From Lytechinus pictus (Eukaryota), in NCBI RefSeq assembly GCF_037042905.1, contig NC_087246.1, positions 6,140,001 to 6,204,000 on the forward strand: a stretch of 64,000 nt of DNA, given 5' to 3'. The number at the start of each line of letters is the position of its first letter. Within the stretch, counting starts at the first letter, position 1. The notes below the pieces were generated by a model. It was given only the letters and a program-made list of their open reading frames with translations. It was not told where the DNA came from and made no database searches. Below are positions 26,301-40,647 of this stretch, piece by piece. The translations under genes were made by a program, and so were the position numbers.

Positions 26301-29300
26301 CCATAGTACAATTGAAATGAGAATACAGGACAATGGGTTTAACCAGTGTGGTATTAGACTATCTTAGAAGTAGACCAAATGAATATTAAACTCTGAAAGA
26401 AGCCCTTCTCACCAGCTGTATGTCAACATATGCAGTTTGCTAGAACAGCTTTGGGGTCTTTTTTCAAGTTATTTTGCCCAGAGGTGTATATAAAGATAGT
26501 GATGCCCTTATTCACTCTTTTCTCAGTGAATTAACCTTCCTCTACTTCACTTTCTTAATTGTTGTACAATGTATTTGCTATATTACCAACTCTTCCCCTC
26601 TCTACTTTATATCTTTCTTCCTCTCTTTGATCTTTCAGGTGTGTGTGTGATTGCCTGTATATCTGGGTGTCTTGGTGGATGGATAATGCCAAGTTTGTGT
26701 ACTTGTAGGGAGCTTTACAAGCTCTGGTTCTTTGGCGCTCCCTAACCAGGCTTACCTTGTACTATGTTTTATTGTATGGCATATTTGAATATTGGAATTT
26801 TGTATGATTTTGAAAACTAAATAACTAATCAATAAAGTCAATGAGTGCAATTAATTATTCTTCTGCAGGGGTTCAAGCTGATGCGTCTTGATGGCACCAT
26901 CACCAAGATGAGTGATAGAGAAGATAGGATCAGTCGTTTCCAAAGAGATCACTCCTACAGTGTGTTCCTACTCACAACTCAAGTAGGAGGGGTGGGGCTG
27001 ACGTTGACAGGTGCAAACAGGGTCGTCATCAGTGAGTAGATCACAGTCCTGGCTCATAAAATGTGTGCTTCATTCAAATCATTTTTAATTATGGAAATCC
27101 ACTTTCCTTATGAATAAATAATAATAATAACAACAACTACTACTATATTCCATAATCATATAGTGCATATCACATTATTGTCCAACATTTATATACCCTT
27201 TAATGAAAGATAACAAAGAAAGATCTTTTTGCATGTATAATGAGGCTATTCCTGTTCAATTTTCTGCAGTTGATCCTAGCTGGAATCCAGCGACAGATAA
27301 CCAGGCCGTTGACCGGGCTTACCGTATCGGCCAGACAAGGACAGTGGTCATCTACCGTCTTATTACATGTGGCACAGTGGAGGAGAAGATATACAGAAGA
27401 CAGATCTTTAAGGAATCCTTGACCAAACAGACCACCGGTAGCTCCAAGAATCCTTATCGGTGAGTAAAAATAACCTTTTCTATTCCATGTCATGTCCATG
27501 GTTTTAAACTGTCAGTTTCTGTGTGATCTTTTGTACTATTTAAAGAAAATGGAAAATCAATGCAATGCTCTTTGCACCATACCAATTAAACACTAACTAC
27601 CCCTAAATAAAATATTCTACATGTCTATTTTCAGGATGAAGAGAACTGTCTCTTCAGTGTGCAGTCTCATTTTAAAACTGTTGTGCTGCATCAGCAATGA
27701 TGTCACCTACGACAAAACTTCAATGAAACTTGCCAAAACGGGTAACATTTTGTGATTGCGAAAAAAACCTATATTATTGGGTAAAAACGTATGAAAGTGG
27801 AGGTCACCCTTTAGTGAATGTTTTGACATCTCAGTCAGATAGGATTGACTTTTCACAGAGATTGCTTACAACCTCTCAAATCAGGAATAAAGTGCAAAGC
27901 AATGTGGAACAAGTGGGCTTATGTTTTCAGCAAAATCCTTCCAAAAAAAAAATTATCTAATTGATATTACAACTATTTAATAGTATGACCATACATGTAT
28001 ATTTACTCTTTCTCCTGTCAATATTATTCCCAATATAAATGAATCTCAGTTGCTTGTCAATTTAGAACTGACAACTTTTCTTGAATTTGATTGGTGAAGA
28101 AGCACAGATGGCTGACTATTTCTTTTTCTCCTCTTTCTCCTCCTTTCTCCCTTTCTCCTCTTCTTTACCTAGTTTGGGGTCATTCCATAAAGGTCGGACG
28201 TACATTCGGACACATTTAAGAGCTGAATCTCCTTTGATTTAATAGCAGCGTTTTAATTTTTCCAGTATATTATAACATGTGACCTAGGCTATCATTACAC
28301 CATGACAGGACCAGGCTGCTATATAAAGAATAGAAAATATGGGCAAAAATGTGAGGGGTCGGACGTACATCAGACAAAAGCAGGTTTTATGCTTTTAAAG
28401 TTCATGTCAAAATCTCTGTGATTTGTGTGATGCAGTTACTGAAATTCTAGTATTGGCTGTTAGCTAAAGGATGAATCTTTAAAGAACTGAAGTGAAGAAA
28501 TTGATAGACATTGCCTTGTTTTAGTTACAGGCTGATCTATTTGGGGTCGGACGTACACTTTGAGGGGTCGGATGTACATTGTGCAAAATATTTGCACACT
28601 GTACGTCCGACCCCCTTTGAAGATCAGTTACACAAAACGTAGAAATTCTAAACTGGAATTTTTTTGTTATACATACTGCTTGGATAGTTGTCTTTCACAT
28701 AAGACAGAATTAACAAATTAATCTGATGCTGGTGAAGAGTTTTGCTTGATTATAGTTGACATGCATCCAGACAATGTACGTCCGACCCCAATACTGATTT
28801 TCTTACAATCAAGCAAAATACTCCTCATATCTGTTATAAATGAGTCAGAGGGGTTAAACTGTTTCCATTTTGATATCTACATTTTTAGACCACATCAATA
28901 ACAAACAACACAACTATTCACACAATGCAGGATATTTTTAATATTAAACTTCAAGTAAAATGTATCTTTTTTAATGGTTTGCAAAAGACCTGACAAAGAA
29001 TTTCTTCAACATTAAAAAACTTATCCTGTTACAAACTTTGTTTAAACAAGGTGGGTTTCGAATAATGAGTCTTCCCTGATGTTGCAATCAATGTATGCAT
29101 TATGACCTTTTGACCCCTAGATGACCTTTGATCTTTCCATCCTCAACTTCCTCAAGAACATATGTGGTTTTTCCCACTGATCGTTTTGTTCCAAGTTTGA
29201 GCAAAATTAATGCAGAAATACAACATTTGACATTTTTAGCCCCAGATGACCTTTGACCTCTCCATTCTCTTTACCCATGGATAATTTGATCCAAGTTTGA

Positions 29301-32300
29301 AAACAATTGATGCACAAAAACCTTTACCTTTAGCAACAGTGTAACCCCCTGAGTCATTTGTAATATGTGGAGCAATTTGATTGACTGTAAGAAAATCAGT
29401 ATGGGGGTCGGATGTACACTGTCTGAATGCATGTCAACTATAATCAAGCATAACTCTTCACCAGCATCAGATTCATTTGTTAATTCTATCTTATCTGAAA
29501 GACAACTAACCAAACAATCATAACCACTTATCATATCATTTGTTACAAGTTTGAACAATATTGATGCACAAAAAAAAGAAATTTGATTTATACAAAAACT
29601 GTCAAAAAATGACTGAATAGCCTCTTGTCTTTTGACTCCAAGATGACCTTTGACCTCATCAACACAAACATGGTATAAGGATCATTTGTACCAAGTGTGA
29701 ACATGGTTGATGCAGAAATAAAGAAATGAGAATAAGTCAGAATTAAATGAATAACCCTTCACATTTTCATAACTTACACCCCTGTTGGCAAAAGTGGAAT
29801 AGTCTTGACACCCATGTATCATTATAGCAATGGGCAGATCTATTTCCCATAGAGGGGCGAGTGCTGTATCTGAGATTGAGGGGAATAGGCAATTTCTTAT
29901 TTTATATGTATGGAACTTCTTTGTTTAATAAATTTCTCATGTATTTGTATGTTTTTATTTCGATTTTTTTAATTTCCTGCAGGCTATTGTTCAATCATAA
30001 TTACCACTAAATTGAATGATAATTTGAGATGAAAAAAGACAGTTTCCATTGAATGTGTACACAAAACACAAATAAATCATCATTTCTTGAAGATGATATC
30101 ATATGAAAATCTACATATTGTCAAAAATGAGTGGTATTTTTTGTGAAATTGGTCTCAAAACTTGTGCAAGACTTCAAAGAAAAAAAAAAGATAAAACTAC
30201 ACAGCAATATCACCTATGTTAAGGTATATCATGCAAAATGTTAAAGATGGAAGGTAATTTTTGCCCCCAGTATTCGTTGGGTAAAAAAAATACAAAAGGT
30301 CATTGTTAAGCTATGTTAAAATTGAAATTTGTATATGATATTGAAAGACTTATATGAGTAAAAGATGTTATGATATTTAAACTTTGCATCTAAGCAGTGC
30401 AAGATAACTTCATAAAAGAAGTTGCAATGGGGTCAGACGTACAGGGGTCGGACGTACAAAAAAGTTGTACGTCCGACCCCCATTTAACTTGAAATCCCGG
30501 ACTAGTGGTGAGCTGCCTTCTGGTGTATATATTAAACAAACCAAACTTGCTTTGCATCTGACTTTGGAAAAATTTATTTGCTTTTGTTTTGCTTGTAAGA
30601 AAAAAAGTGTATGTGAAAAGGGGTCGGACGTACATTTGAAAGTGCCTGCTTGTAATATTTTTTATTTAAAAAATATAAGAAAAGTATAAAAAAACCTAAC
30701 TTGTTTTTTAGAAACCTAACATAATAACAACTTGGACAACATCCAACTTTAATTATTTCAAAGCTTATATAAAGTTTAAAATATGTTGCAAACTTGACCT
30801 TTTAAAATAAGTAAAATTGCAATTTTTTGCTATGGTAACTTCAATGCCTTGCCAAAATGAAACGATACATTATTTGAAATGATTTCTTTCAGATTCATAC
30901 ATTTCAGTGTCTTAGCTTTCAAGTGATACCTAATTTGTTCTGTTTGTAGGATTTTGAAATTTTGACCAAAAGGTTTACTATTTTATGGAACAGCCCTTTG
31001 GATAATATATGACCAAATGATTTTCTTTCTTCAAATTTCGAGTGAATGTGCCAATATTAAAAAATGTCTTTTTTCATGGAAAAGAATATTAGAAATTATG
31101 GTTTCATTTGTGATTGAATACTTGTAAAAATGAATTAAAATAATCATGCTGATTTACCTTCATGGATGAAATACAAATATACTATGTTCACACGTGTGAC
31201 CGACCAAAAGTTGCATTTTATAAAGAATTGCCCTTCTAACTATCGCTCTTCCTCATCATTTCTTTGCATCCCTCCTCTTTCCCTCTTACTTATATTCCAC
31301 TTATTTTTCTCTCTCACCTTCTCTACATGTACCTCTTTCCCTTAACCATCCATTTCTTCGTGTCTTTCATCTCCTTTTATTCCAACTACTTTGTATTTCT
31401 ATTTCTCATCATTATACATTATTACATGTATGTAAAATAGATATACACAAAAAAACAATAACATCACATTGATTTTGTTCTTTCAATGTTGAATTTATTT
31501 TAGTAGCTCAGATCAAATGTCATGGTAGCAAAACTTAGCTATCAATTAATAACCCAAGATTCTTGTTTAAAGGTCAAACCTCCCCAGTTAAAAGTTGATT
31601 AGAATGAATAGAGAAAAATCAAACAAGCTTGACAGTATTTTATCAAAATTGGATATAAAATGAGAAAGTTAAGATATTTTAAAGTTTCACCTATTTCACT
31701 AAACAGTTATCTGCACATCCTGGTCAGTATGGAAATGGGGGAACTGATGAAGTCACCCTCTTCCTATTTATGTTGTATTTTATTGTATGGAATATCACAT
31801 TTTCTTCCCCTATTATATCTTGTGAAACAAGATTTTTTTTTCTCCCTGAACGTGTTGATTAACCACTGAAAATTATAATAATCACAGCTATAATTGTTTT
31901 AGATCATAGATGGCTATGTTAAGATGTATTTCATGGAAATATTTACATTTTTATGCAGAGTAATCAATAATTACTGTGACCCATACCTAATTGTGTCGTA
32001 TTTTTATGGAGAATAATCTTTTCCCCAATTCCACATCATATGTAAATAATTCTTCTACACCCTAGTTTAAATTCATGTGGAAAATATACTTAAGGAATTT
32101 TTAATAAGTCAACATTATGATTGCTAGCAATTTTGACTTTTTCTTGACTATTCCTTACATAAAGCACGTAGCCAGGCATCCGGCAGTGATATGCACTAAG
32201 TAAACATATTGGTATTTTTAATATTGTTATTATTATAATAATTATTATTTTTATTCGCTATGTCATTTTTTTAGGTGTTTCTTTCCTCCTTGACAAATTG

Positions 32301-35300
32301 TAGAATTAAATTTAACATTGGTAATTTCATCAAATTGATTTGATAGTGGGATCCTACCATGAATGTGCTGAATTCACGTGTCTCATACATGCATCATCAT
32401 CACCCATTATCATGAAAAGCTTGTAGGTCAAGTTGTTAACCACTTTTTCGAAAGGTATACAAATAGCATGCGCCTGGTATAAGAATTCAAAACTTAAAGA
32501 AAGAACTATTTGAATGAATGATGAATATGCAGGTAATCATACAGATAAATCAATGGAATAAGCAGTGAGGGAAGAGCTGAAGTCTTTAAATGAGGTTTAA
32601 TGTATCACTTTTAAAGAAAAAAAAGATGAACACTTGGTTTTGCACACTCACTGGTCTACCAATATGAGTGACATCACAATGTTTCATGAAACCCCAACTT
32701 GAAAGCCCCAAATTTTAAGCCACCTGACAACTGCTTATTGCTACTACTGCTCATTAAGAACAATAGAATTGTCCTCATTTGTCACCCTCACTGGGTTGTC
32801 ATCGGTTTTCTCATCACATTGAAAATTATTATTTCTAATAGCTTTAAACTCTGTTGATGAAGAATCAAAGATAATTCCACAGGAATAGATCTGAAGGTCA
32901 CTCGGATCAGTCAAACCTGCGTTGTGGAATATAGAACAATTTACAGATTTCATCAGTGGTTGAAAAAAGCTCTGTTGGGTACAGAATAAGATGAGTAATT
33001 GCTCATCGCCTTTTTCATTGGTGTTATAAAATCTGAGCTGCAGTATTTGAGTAAAAGTAAAATTATTACCTAAAAATGATTGAAAAAGGGGATTGTACAG
33101 TGAAGGTCTGGACTTTATCTTCTGTATTCAGTAACCATCTTTATTTGGACATAGAATATAGTTACGCTATGAAGAAGTCCATTAGAGAATTAAATTGACT
33201 TTACATTAAAATGAAAATGTCTTTAATTGCCTTATAGTCAGAAATAATTATAATTTTTGCATGACCAATGGGATCAAGACGTGATGGAACATAATGAGGA
33301 GAAAAGGAATTTGGAAAACTGATTTACAATGTTCAAACGACAATGGTGTGCAACTTTATATTACAGATCACACATTACCGGTACATGATACTTTAAGATT
33401 GGTATTTTCACATCCAAACAATTTGTATTCCAATTTCATTGACCAAAATTTTACCCAGTCATTTTAAAGGCCAATATCACCCTAATATCAAATTGATTTG
33501 ATTAATTTCACTGTAATCAAGGGAGCAAAAATTGTAATGTCATCTAAATCGGTTGAAGTGTAGGAAAGTCATATAGCATATCTCTGTTATGCATTCTTTC
33601 ATAAAAAAATAGTGATACTGACTTGTAAAATATGGGATATGCAAATGAGTGAGAGGATGTATTGTTGTCACTGTCACAGACTTTCATTAAAGAACGTATA
33701 AAATAGTCCTTTCTGATTTTTGCTAATGCTGCTGAGTCTATTGAATCAATAAAGGTATTGAATCACAAGAGGTGATTCAACAATGCAGTTCACTGAGGAA
33801 TCAAATCATGTTTATAAAGAGGAAAACTTGAAAATATTTTGGATTTTTAAGGTCAAGTCCATCCCAGAAAAATGTTTTATTTGAAAAATAGAGAAAAATC
33901 AATCAAGCATAATGCTGAAAATTTCATCAAAATCGGATGTAAAATAAGAACGTTATGACATTTTAAAGTTTTGCTTAATTTCACAAAACAGTTATATGCA
34001 CACCCTGGTCGGTATGATATGCAAATGAGATAGTCAATGATGTCCCTTACTCACTATTTCTTTTGTTTTTTATTGTTTGAATTATACAATATTTCAATTT
34101 TTACAGATTTGAAAATAAGGACCAACTTGACTGAACCATAACATTACTTAAAACAAAGGTAATTCCACATGCCAAGGAGGAGAAAATTAGAATATTTCAT
34201 ATTTCAAAGAATAAAATACAAAAGAAATAGTGAGTGGGTGACGTCATCAGTCTTCACATTTGCATACTGTCAGGATGTGCATATAACTGTTTTGTGAAAA
34301 TTCAAAATGTCATAACTTTCTTATTTTATATCCGATTTTGATGAAATTTTCAGCATTATGCTTGTTGGATTTTTCTCTCTTTATTCAAATCATCTTTTAT
34401 TTGGGTGGACTTGACCTTTAAAGGGCAAGTCCACCCCAACAAAAAGTTGATTTGAATAAAAAGAGAAAAATCCAACAAGCATAACACTGACAATTTCATC
34501 AAAATCGGATGTAAAATAAGAAAGTTATATTTAAAGTTTCGCTTAAATTCACATTACAGTTATATGCACATCCTGGTCGGTATGCAAATGAGGACACTGA
34601 TGACGTCATCCACTCTCTATTTCTTTTGTATTTTATTATATGAAATATTCTAATTTTCTCCTCATTGTCAAGTGAAACGACGATTAATTCCTCCCTGAAC
34701 ACGTGGAATTAGCATTGTTTAATATTATATGGTTCAGTCAAGTCAGGTCCGTGTTGTCAAATTTGTAAAAAATGAAATATTGTATAATTCAAACAATAAC
34801 AAACAGAAGAAATAGTGAGTGATGGACATCATCGACTGACTCATTTGCATGTCGCTGAGCGGTGCATATCACTGTTTTGTGAAAAATAAGCGAAGCTTTA
34901 AAATGCCATAACTTTCTTATTTTACATCCGATTTTGATGAAATTTTCAGCATTATGCTAGTTTGATTTTTCTCTATTTATTCTAATCATCTTTTTTCTGG
35001 GGTGGACTTGACCTTTAAATACAAAAGCAATATCGTGTGTTCTACATTATTGGTACCCTCCCTCACCACTGAACATCATTTTTAAAGTCATAGAATGCTA
35101 CTTACTTCCACCAAGTATGTATTTCTTCCCTTCCTGAAGATTCACTCCACATGCCGCGGAGTTAGATGGTGTTGTAATGTTTGTTATTCCCGTCTTAACC
35201 CGATCGTCTCCAGGACGATACACTTCAAGGATATACACTTCATAAGTCTTAGGATCCTGGTTGATAGTGACGATATTGTCATTTGCTAAGGATTGATCAT

Positions 35301-38300
35301 TGCCATTCTCAGGTTCTACAAGGTCGATTATAAAAGCCAAGATGACTGGGGAGATGAAAATTAGAATGGTCTAATTAAATAATGATTAAATGTGATGTCG
35401 TGCTATCCAAGTGGGGGTGGGTAACACAATAGTTCATCCCCTCCCCATGAACGATCAGTTTGATTCTGAAATTTACTCTTGTGTTTTCTTGAGGTGATTA
35501 TGCATGACAATTTATAGACAAACTGGGGATGAGAATTTAAGTATATCTTTAGTTTTGGTAAATCCCCTTTAAAGTACATGTCACTATTCCAATTCATTAC
35601 TAGATTATATTAATGCATGTGACCTCAAACGGTTTTGTTGTGAAGGATATTTAACTAAAAATCTATTTTATTGGATAAATTGACCAATTTTACTTCAAAA
35701 TTTAATTTGATCAAGTGCCAAATCAAAATTGAATATCTGTGTTTATCTCTTAGTGGGCCATATTTCTCATTAATTCTCTAATCTGATTGGTTGATTCGTT
35801 TGTGACACAAACCCGTATTTACCTATTTTACTTGGTCACAAAGATCAAACATGTAATATGAGCCTGTATTACCTGTTTGGTGTTTAGCTGTTGTTGGTTT
35901 TATGTTTTCATTGTGACGCGAATGCCCAGTGCTGATTTCAACCATGTAATATTGGACCGTGCGTATTCAAGCATTGCTCTGTGCACTACTATTTGCGCAT
36001 CAATTACAATCGCAAAATGCGCATCCGTTTTCCTGTGATCATTGTGATGTCATGAATGACTTCCTTTCCAAAACCACTCTTAAAATGCAGGTTTTTGAAT
36101 TTTTAGTTTTATTCTACTGATTTCCCCTATTCTGCAATAATATAAGAATACAATTGAAGACATAAAATCGCTACACCCTGCTTGTTCTTACGAAATACGG
36201 GAAATATATATGTTCTGGTTCCATATTCTATTTGGCCTCTGGTCTCAGAGAACGTGAACCAGAACGTAGATATTTCCCCTATTACATGTACAAGCAGGGT
36301 GTATTAATAATTTTCTTGTTTATGTAAAACACATTCTCAAGCATGATATTGGCTGAAAATTTCAGGATTTGACTTTTGTCAGCTAGCTTTCTAATATCCA
36401 ATTGCTAATAGTAATTGCTAAAACAACTATTATGAATAAAAATAAAAACATTACTGAGAGAGGGCTCTGGATTAAAATTGAAATGCTTCATTTAAATTCT
36501 AATAGGTAAAAAATGCATTAATTGACTTCTACCTTTTTGTTATATTGTAATGTTCATTGATACATTGATTCACATTACTGACCCTTTGCCAAAGCTTTGG
36601 GCAGGCATTTATGAGACAGAGTGATAATAGACCAGGGCCCCGTCTTACAAAGAGTTACAATTGATCCGATCAATCGTAACTATGGAAATCCATCAGTGTC
36701 ATAATTTTTTTCTACGAAATATTTGAACAATGTCCTTTGTATGCAAAGAGAAGCGCAGTGAATTTTCAAGAAAACAATGCATGAATATACATCATAGCTA
36801 GAAAATATTTTGAACGAACGTGCATAATAGACGTTGACGTTGCTGGCCGTCCATAGTTGAGGTCCATGATTGGATCAATCATAACTCTTTGCAAGACGGT
36901 GCCCTAAAGGAATAGGTTTCTATTTTACATGTATCTCAATTAGTTATTTCATGTAGAAGAGATGATCTTTGTGTCTATGAGCCAAATGACAGACTAATGA
37001 AAATTGTAGGAGAAATAATAGATGAGTTACTTCATAAAGTGAGAAATTATAGATTAGTTACTTTATATAGCGAGAAATGATAGATGGCTTACTTTATATA
37101 GTGAGAAATGATAGATGACTTACTTTATATAGTGAGAAATGATAGAAGACTTATTTTATATAGTGAGAAATTATAGATTAGTTACTTCATAAAGTGAGAA
37201 ATGATAGATTAGTTACTTTATATAGCGAGAAATGATAGATGAGTTACTTCATAAAGTGAGAAATGATAGATGAGTTACTTCATAAAGTGAGAAATGATAG
37301 AAGACTTACTTTATTTAGTGAGAAATGATAGAAGACTTTATATAGTGAGAAATGATAGATGACTTACTTTATATAGTGAAAAATGATAATAAGACTTACC
37401 TTATATAGTGAGAAATGATAGATGACTTACCTTTATATAGTGAGAAATGATATATGAGTTACTTTATATAGTGAGAAATGAGTTACCGTACCATAATCGT
37501 GACTGCAGAATCTGTCTTCAAGGTTTGGTTCAAAGAAACAAGAACAAGCTTGAGAGCCTCCTATCATGAAGGTAACAAGAAGTATTCCAAAGATATACAT
37601 GTTGAGAAACAATGTGTAACTTCTTTCAGAAACAGAAAACAAATTGATACAAGATCGTGTACCACACCCAAATATATAGATGATGTGTTTACAATATCGT
37701 TTTTAACAGCTGGGACAGCCTTTGTTTTAATGCGTGAAATAAATTTCTGAACTGACTGATTAGGAATGCAGGTGTTCATAATTCCTCTAGTCTCTAGGTT
37801 AGAGTCTTTTATCAAAACATTGTAATTTTGTTTACAAGTACACTCACTTTGTTATGACATAAACTCCTTAAATCCTCAAAACAACTCTGTAACTCAACTT
37901 TGAGGGGTAATAATCTTCTTACTGATCCATCATCATTTTTAAATAGGGAATCATTAGAAGAGTAATTATTCTCTTTTTCAATGATGTGTCCTTTAAATTC
38001 TGTTACGCTATTGTGATCATGGAATGTGTAGTCTTGTTAAATGCAGCAAAGTAAAAAATGAAAAATTAAATGTTGCAAATTTCATTGTTTTCAGTAGAGA
38101 ATTTGAAGATGGATTATGTTTGAATATTGTTGATGTGCTGATATGTGAATGTTCACATGGTGTATTCTTGATTATGAAATGGATTGAATATGTTTTGAAT
38201 AACATTGAACATTGTCATATTAAAAAAAGTTAAAGGGTGCTAATGATAATGAGATTTGGGTTTCATTGTTGAAGAAAGACGTTTTATTTCAAGTAGACAC

Positions 38301-40615
38301 TAAAGCATTTTGGGCATAATTCAAAAGATGTTAAACATCCAAAAGAACATGAAGAATGAAAACTTTAGTTAGAAAGCAATGCAATTTGCCACCTTTCACT
38401 TCTGAATTTCTCCCTATGTGAGGCCAAGTGCATATTCCCAGATTACATCACAGAGAATGACACCTATTGAATGTACAGTATTAATGTAATGAAAATGTAA
38501 ATAATGAACCTATCAAGTACATGTAATACCAAATTAAATTTTCATAGTTCTCTACCCCCCCCCCCCAAAAGAAAATATCCCTCATAATTTAAAGCTTTCA
38601 TAAATATTCAATCTTCAACCAACAATGAAACCAAAGTTTGTTTCACATTTTAAAAGTGTTTAAAATGGCCTGTAGGGTTTAACATAATTCCAAAATAGTC
38701 AATCCATTTTGTAAATGAGAATACACCATGTGTGGATGTTTATGCATTGACACATCAACATCATTTAAATTCCATCTGTCCTTGGATTTGCTACTGGAAA
38801 CAATGAATTGTCATTGTTGACATTGCTGCATATCAAGACCACACTTTTTATGATTACATGAGCATAGGCTAGCATATGACACATCATTGTAAAGATGAAT
38901 GATTTACTCTCTGATGATACCAGTTTCATATACAAGTATGATGATGGCGCAATAAAAAATTCATTACCCCTCAAACTTGCATTACAAAACTTATTTTTGA
39001 GAGGTTTATCTTCAAATGCATTATATAATGAGAAACAAATTTCTTTCATAATATGTGACATCTTGGAAATTTGCTGGTACTTGATATTTCAAAATAGATT
39101 TTTTTTAAAATAATCACTAATTTTGTTATATTATCTGATGGATTTTATCTATACCAATATTTTCCTTTTTAATTTTTCTGTCTTTTTGAAAAACACAAGT
39201 TATCAACGTAGATAAATTTTAGCTTTTGCAAGATTAATGAAAACACATTTTTAATGTAATTTTTTGTTATTCTTTTAAGAAATCATTCCTTTTAAGAAGG
39301 ATTTAAAACAATGTTACACTGTATGTATACATGTGACTCTGCCTTAGTCAAACCTCAAAGAAATCTGATCAACTTAGGCAAGTAGTCAGCAGATGTTATT
39401 AACACATATTTTGCATATTTGGATCTGAAATAATGCTTCAAGTTTATTAGTGATTAGTTGAATTATGAAAGGTTGACTTTGCTGTCTAAACTTACATTTA
39501 CCATTGAGTTTCCCATCTATCTGTCAGTCTTACTGAAAGACCTAGATGAATCCTTTGCAAATTGAATTAACAAGTGAATAATAAATAAGAGACTAGTACG
39601 ACTACTGCTACTGATTCATTACATATTTCTATTGTCCATCTTAAAAAAAAAAGAAAGTTTGAAAGAATATGAAAAATTAGATGAATGTCTTTAGTGCATA
39701 GAATGATGCTGTCTTTGTAGAGATGTTAAAGTTACAATCTTAGGTAGGTTAACAAAAGTCATGTCTACATGTATGTACATCTTGATGATTTTGCCTCATG
39801 CGATATGTCATAGTTTGCATTTCTCCTGTTTGGTGAGCTGCTCTTGATTGAGTTTGCAAAGTCTATCTGTTTATTCTTTGTATTTCTATGTTTCACACCC
39901 TAATATTTTTGTAAATCGAGTGTTTATACTGAAGTTAAAAACAACAGCTGGAACTGTCTTTGTAATATGTGTGAAGTTATCTCTTAATCTGTGCTAGTGA
40001 CGCATTGAATGGTGTTCATATGATCAATTTCATGGCATTACCTAGGATGAAGTACTTTCACACCTCCGCCAATTTTTTTGCAAATGTGAAAATGATACAT
40101 GCTTGATATCCCCAAAGGAAATTGGCAGGTATATTTGCCCTCTCATAAACGCATTTGTATGAAGGAATCTGTGCATTCTTTTCTACAGAATGAAAATTTC
40201 TCAGTATATGCATATAATCTGTATAACAAGTTTGGTTTGGAACTTTGGAGAGGCATAGGGGTACAGAATGGTTATCAGGTATTTTGATGCATGAATAAGT
40301 GCTCTTTCCGTCATCTACTTCAGCACCATTGTCATCATCATCATCCCCATCAACTTCATCATCATCAATCATAATTGTCATCCGATCCTCCTCACCTTCA
40401 TCCTCATCAATCATCATCACCATCATCACCATCATGATTAATCCTTATCATCATCATCACCATCATCATCATCATCCCCATCATCATCATCATCCCCATC
40501 AACTTCATCATCATCAATCATAATTGTCATCCGATCCTCCTCACCTTCATCCTCATCAGTCATCATCATCATCACCGCCACCACCACCACAACCACCATC
40601 ATCATCATCATCACC

Positions 40616-40647
<32 letters not shown>

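Noticed and set aside
32917..33038. Alternative upstream acceptor for TIMP exon 3
   Set aside because: The acceptor at 32917 gives the expected spacing from YILGG to LQIYSC; a longer exon would insert non-TIMP sequence.
37005..37487. CRISPR-like periodic array
   Set aside because: Contiguous tandem units with no unique spacers, no cas genes, and a eukaryotic context; it is a minisatellite.
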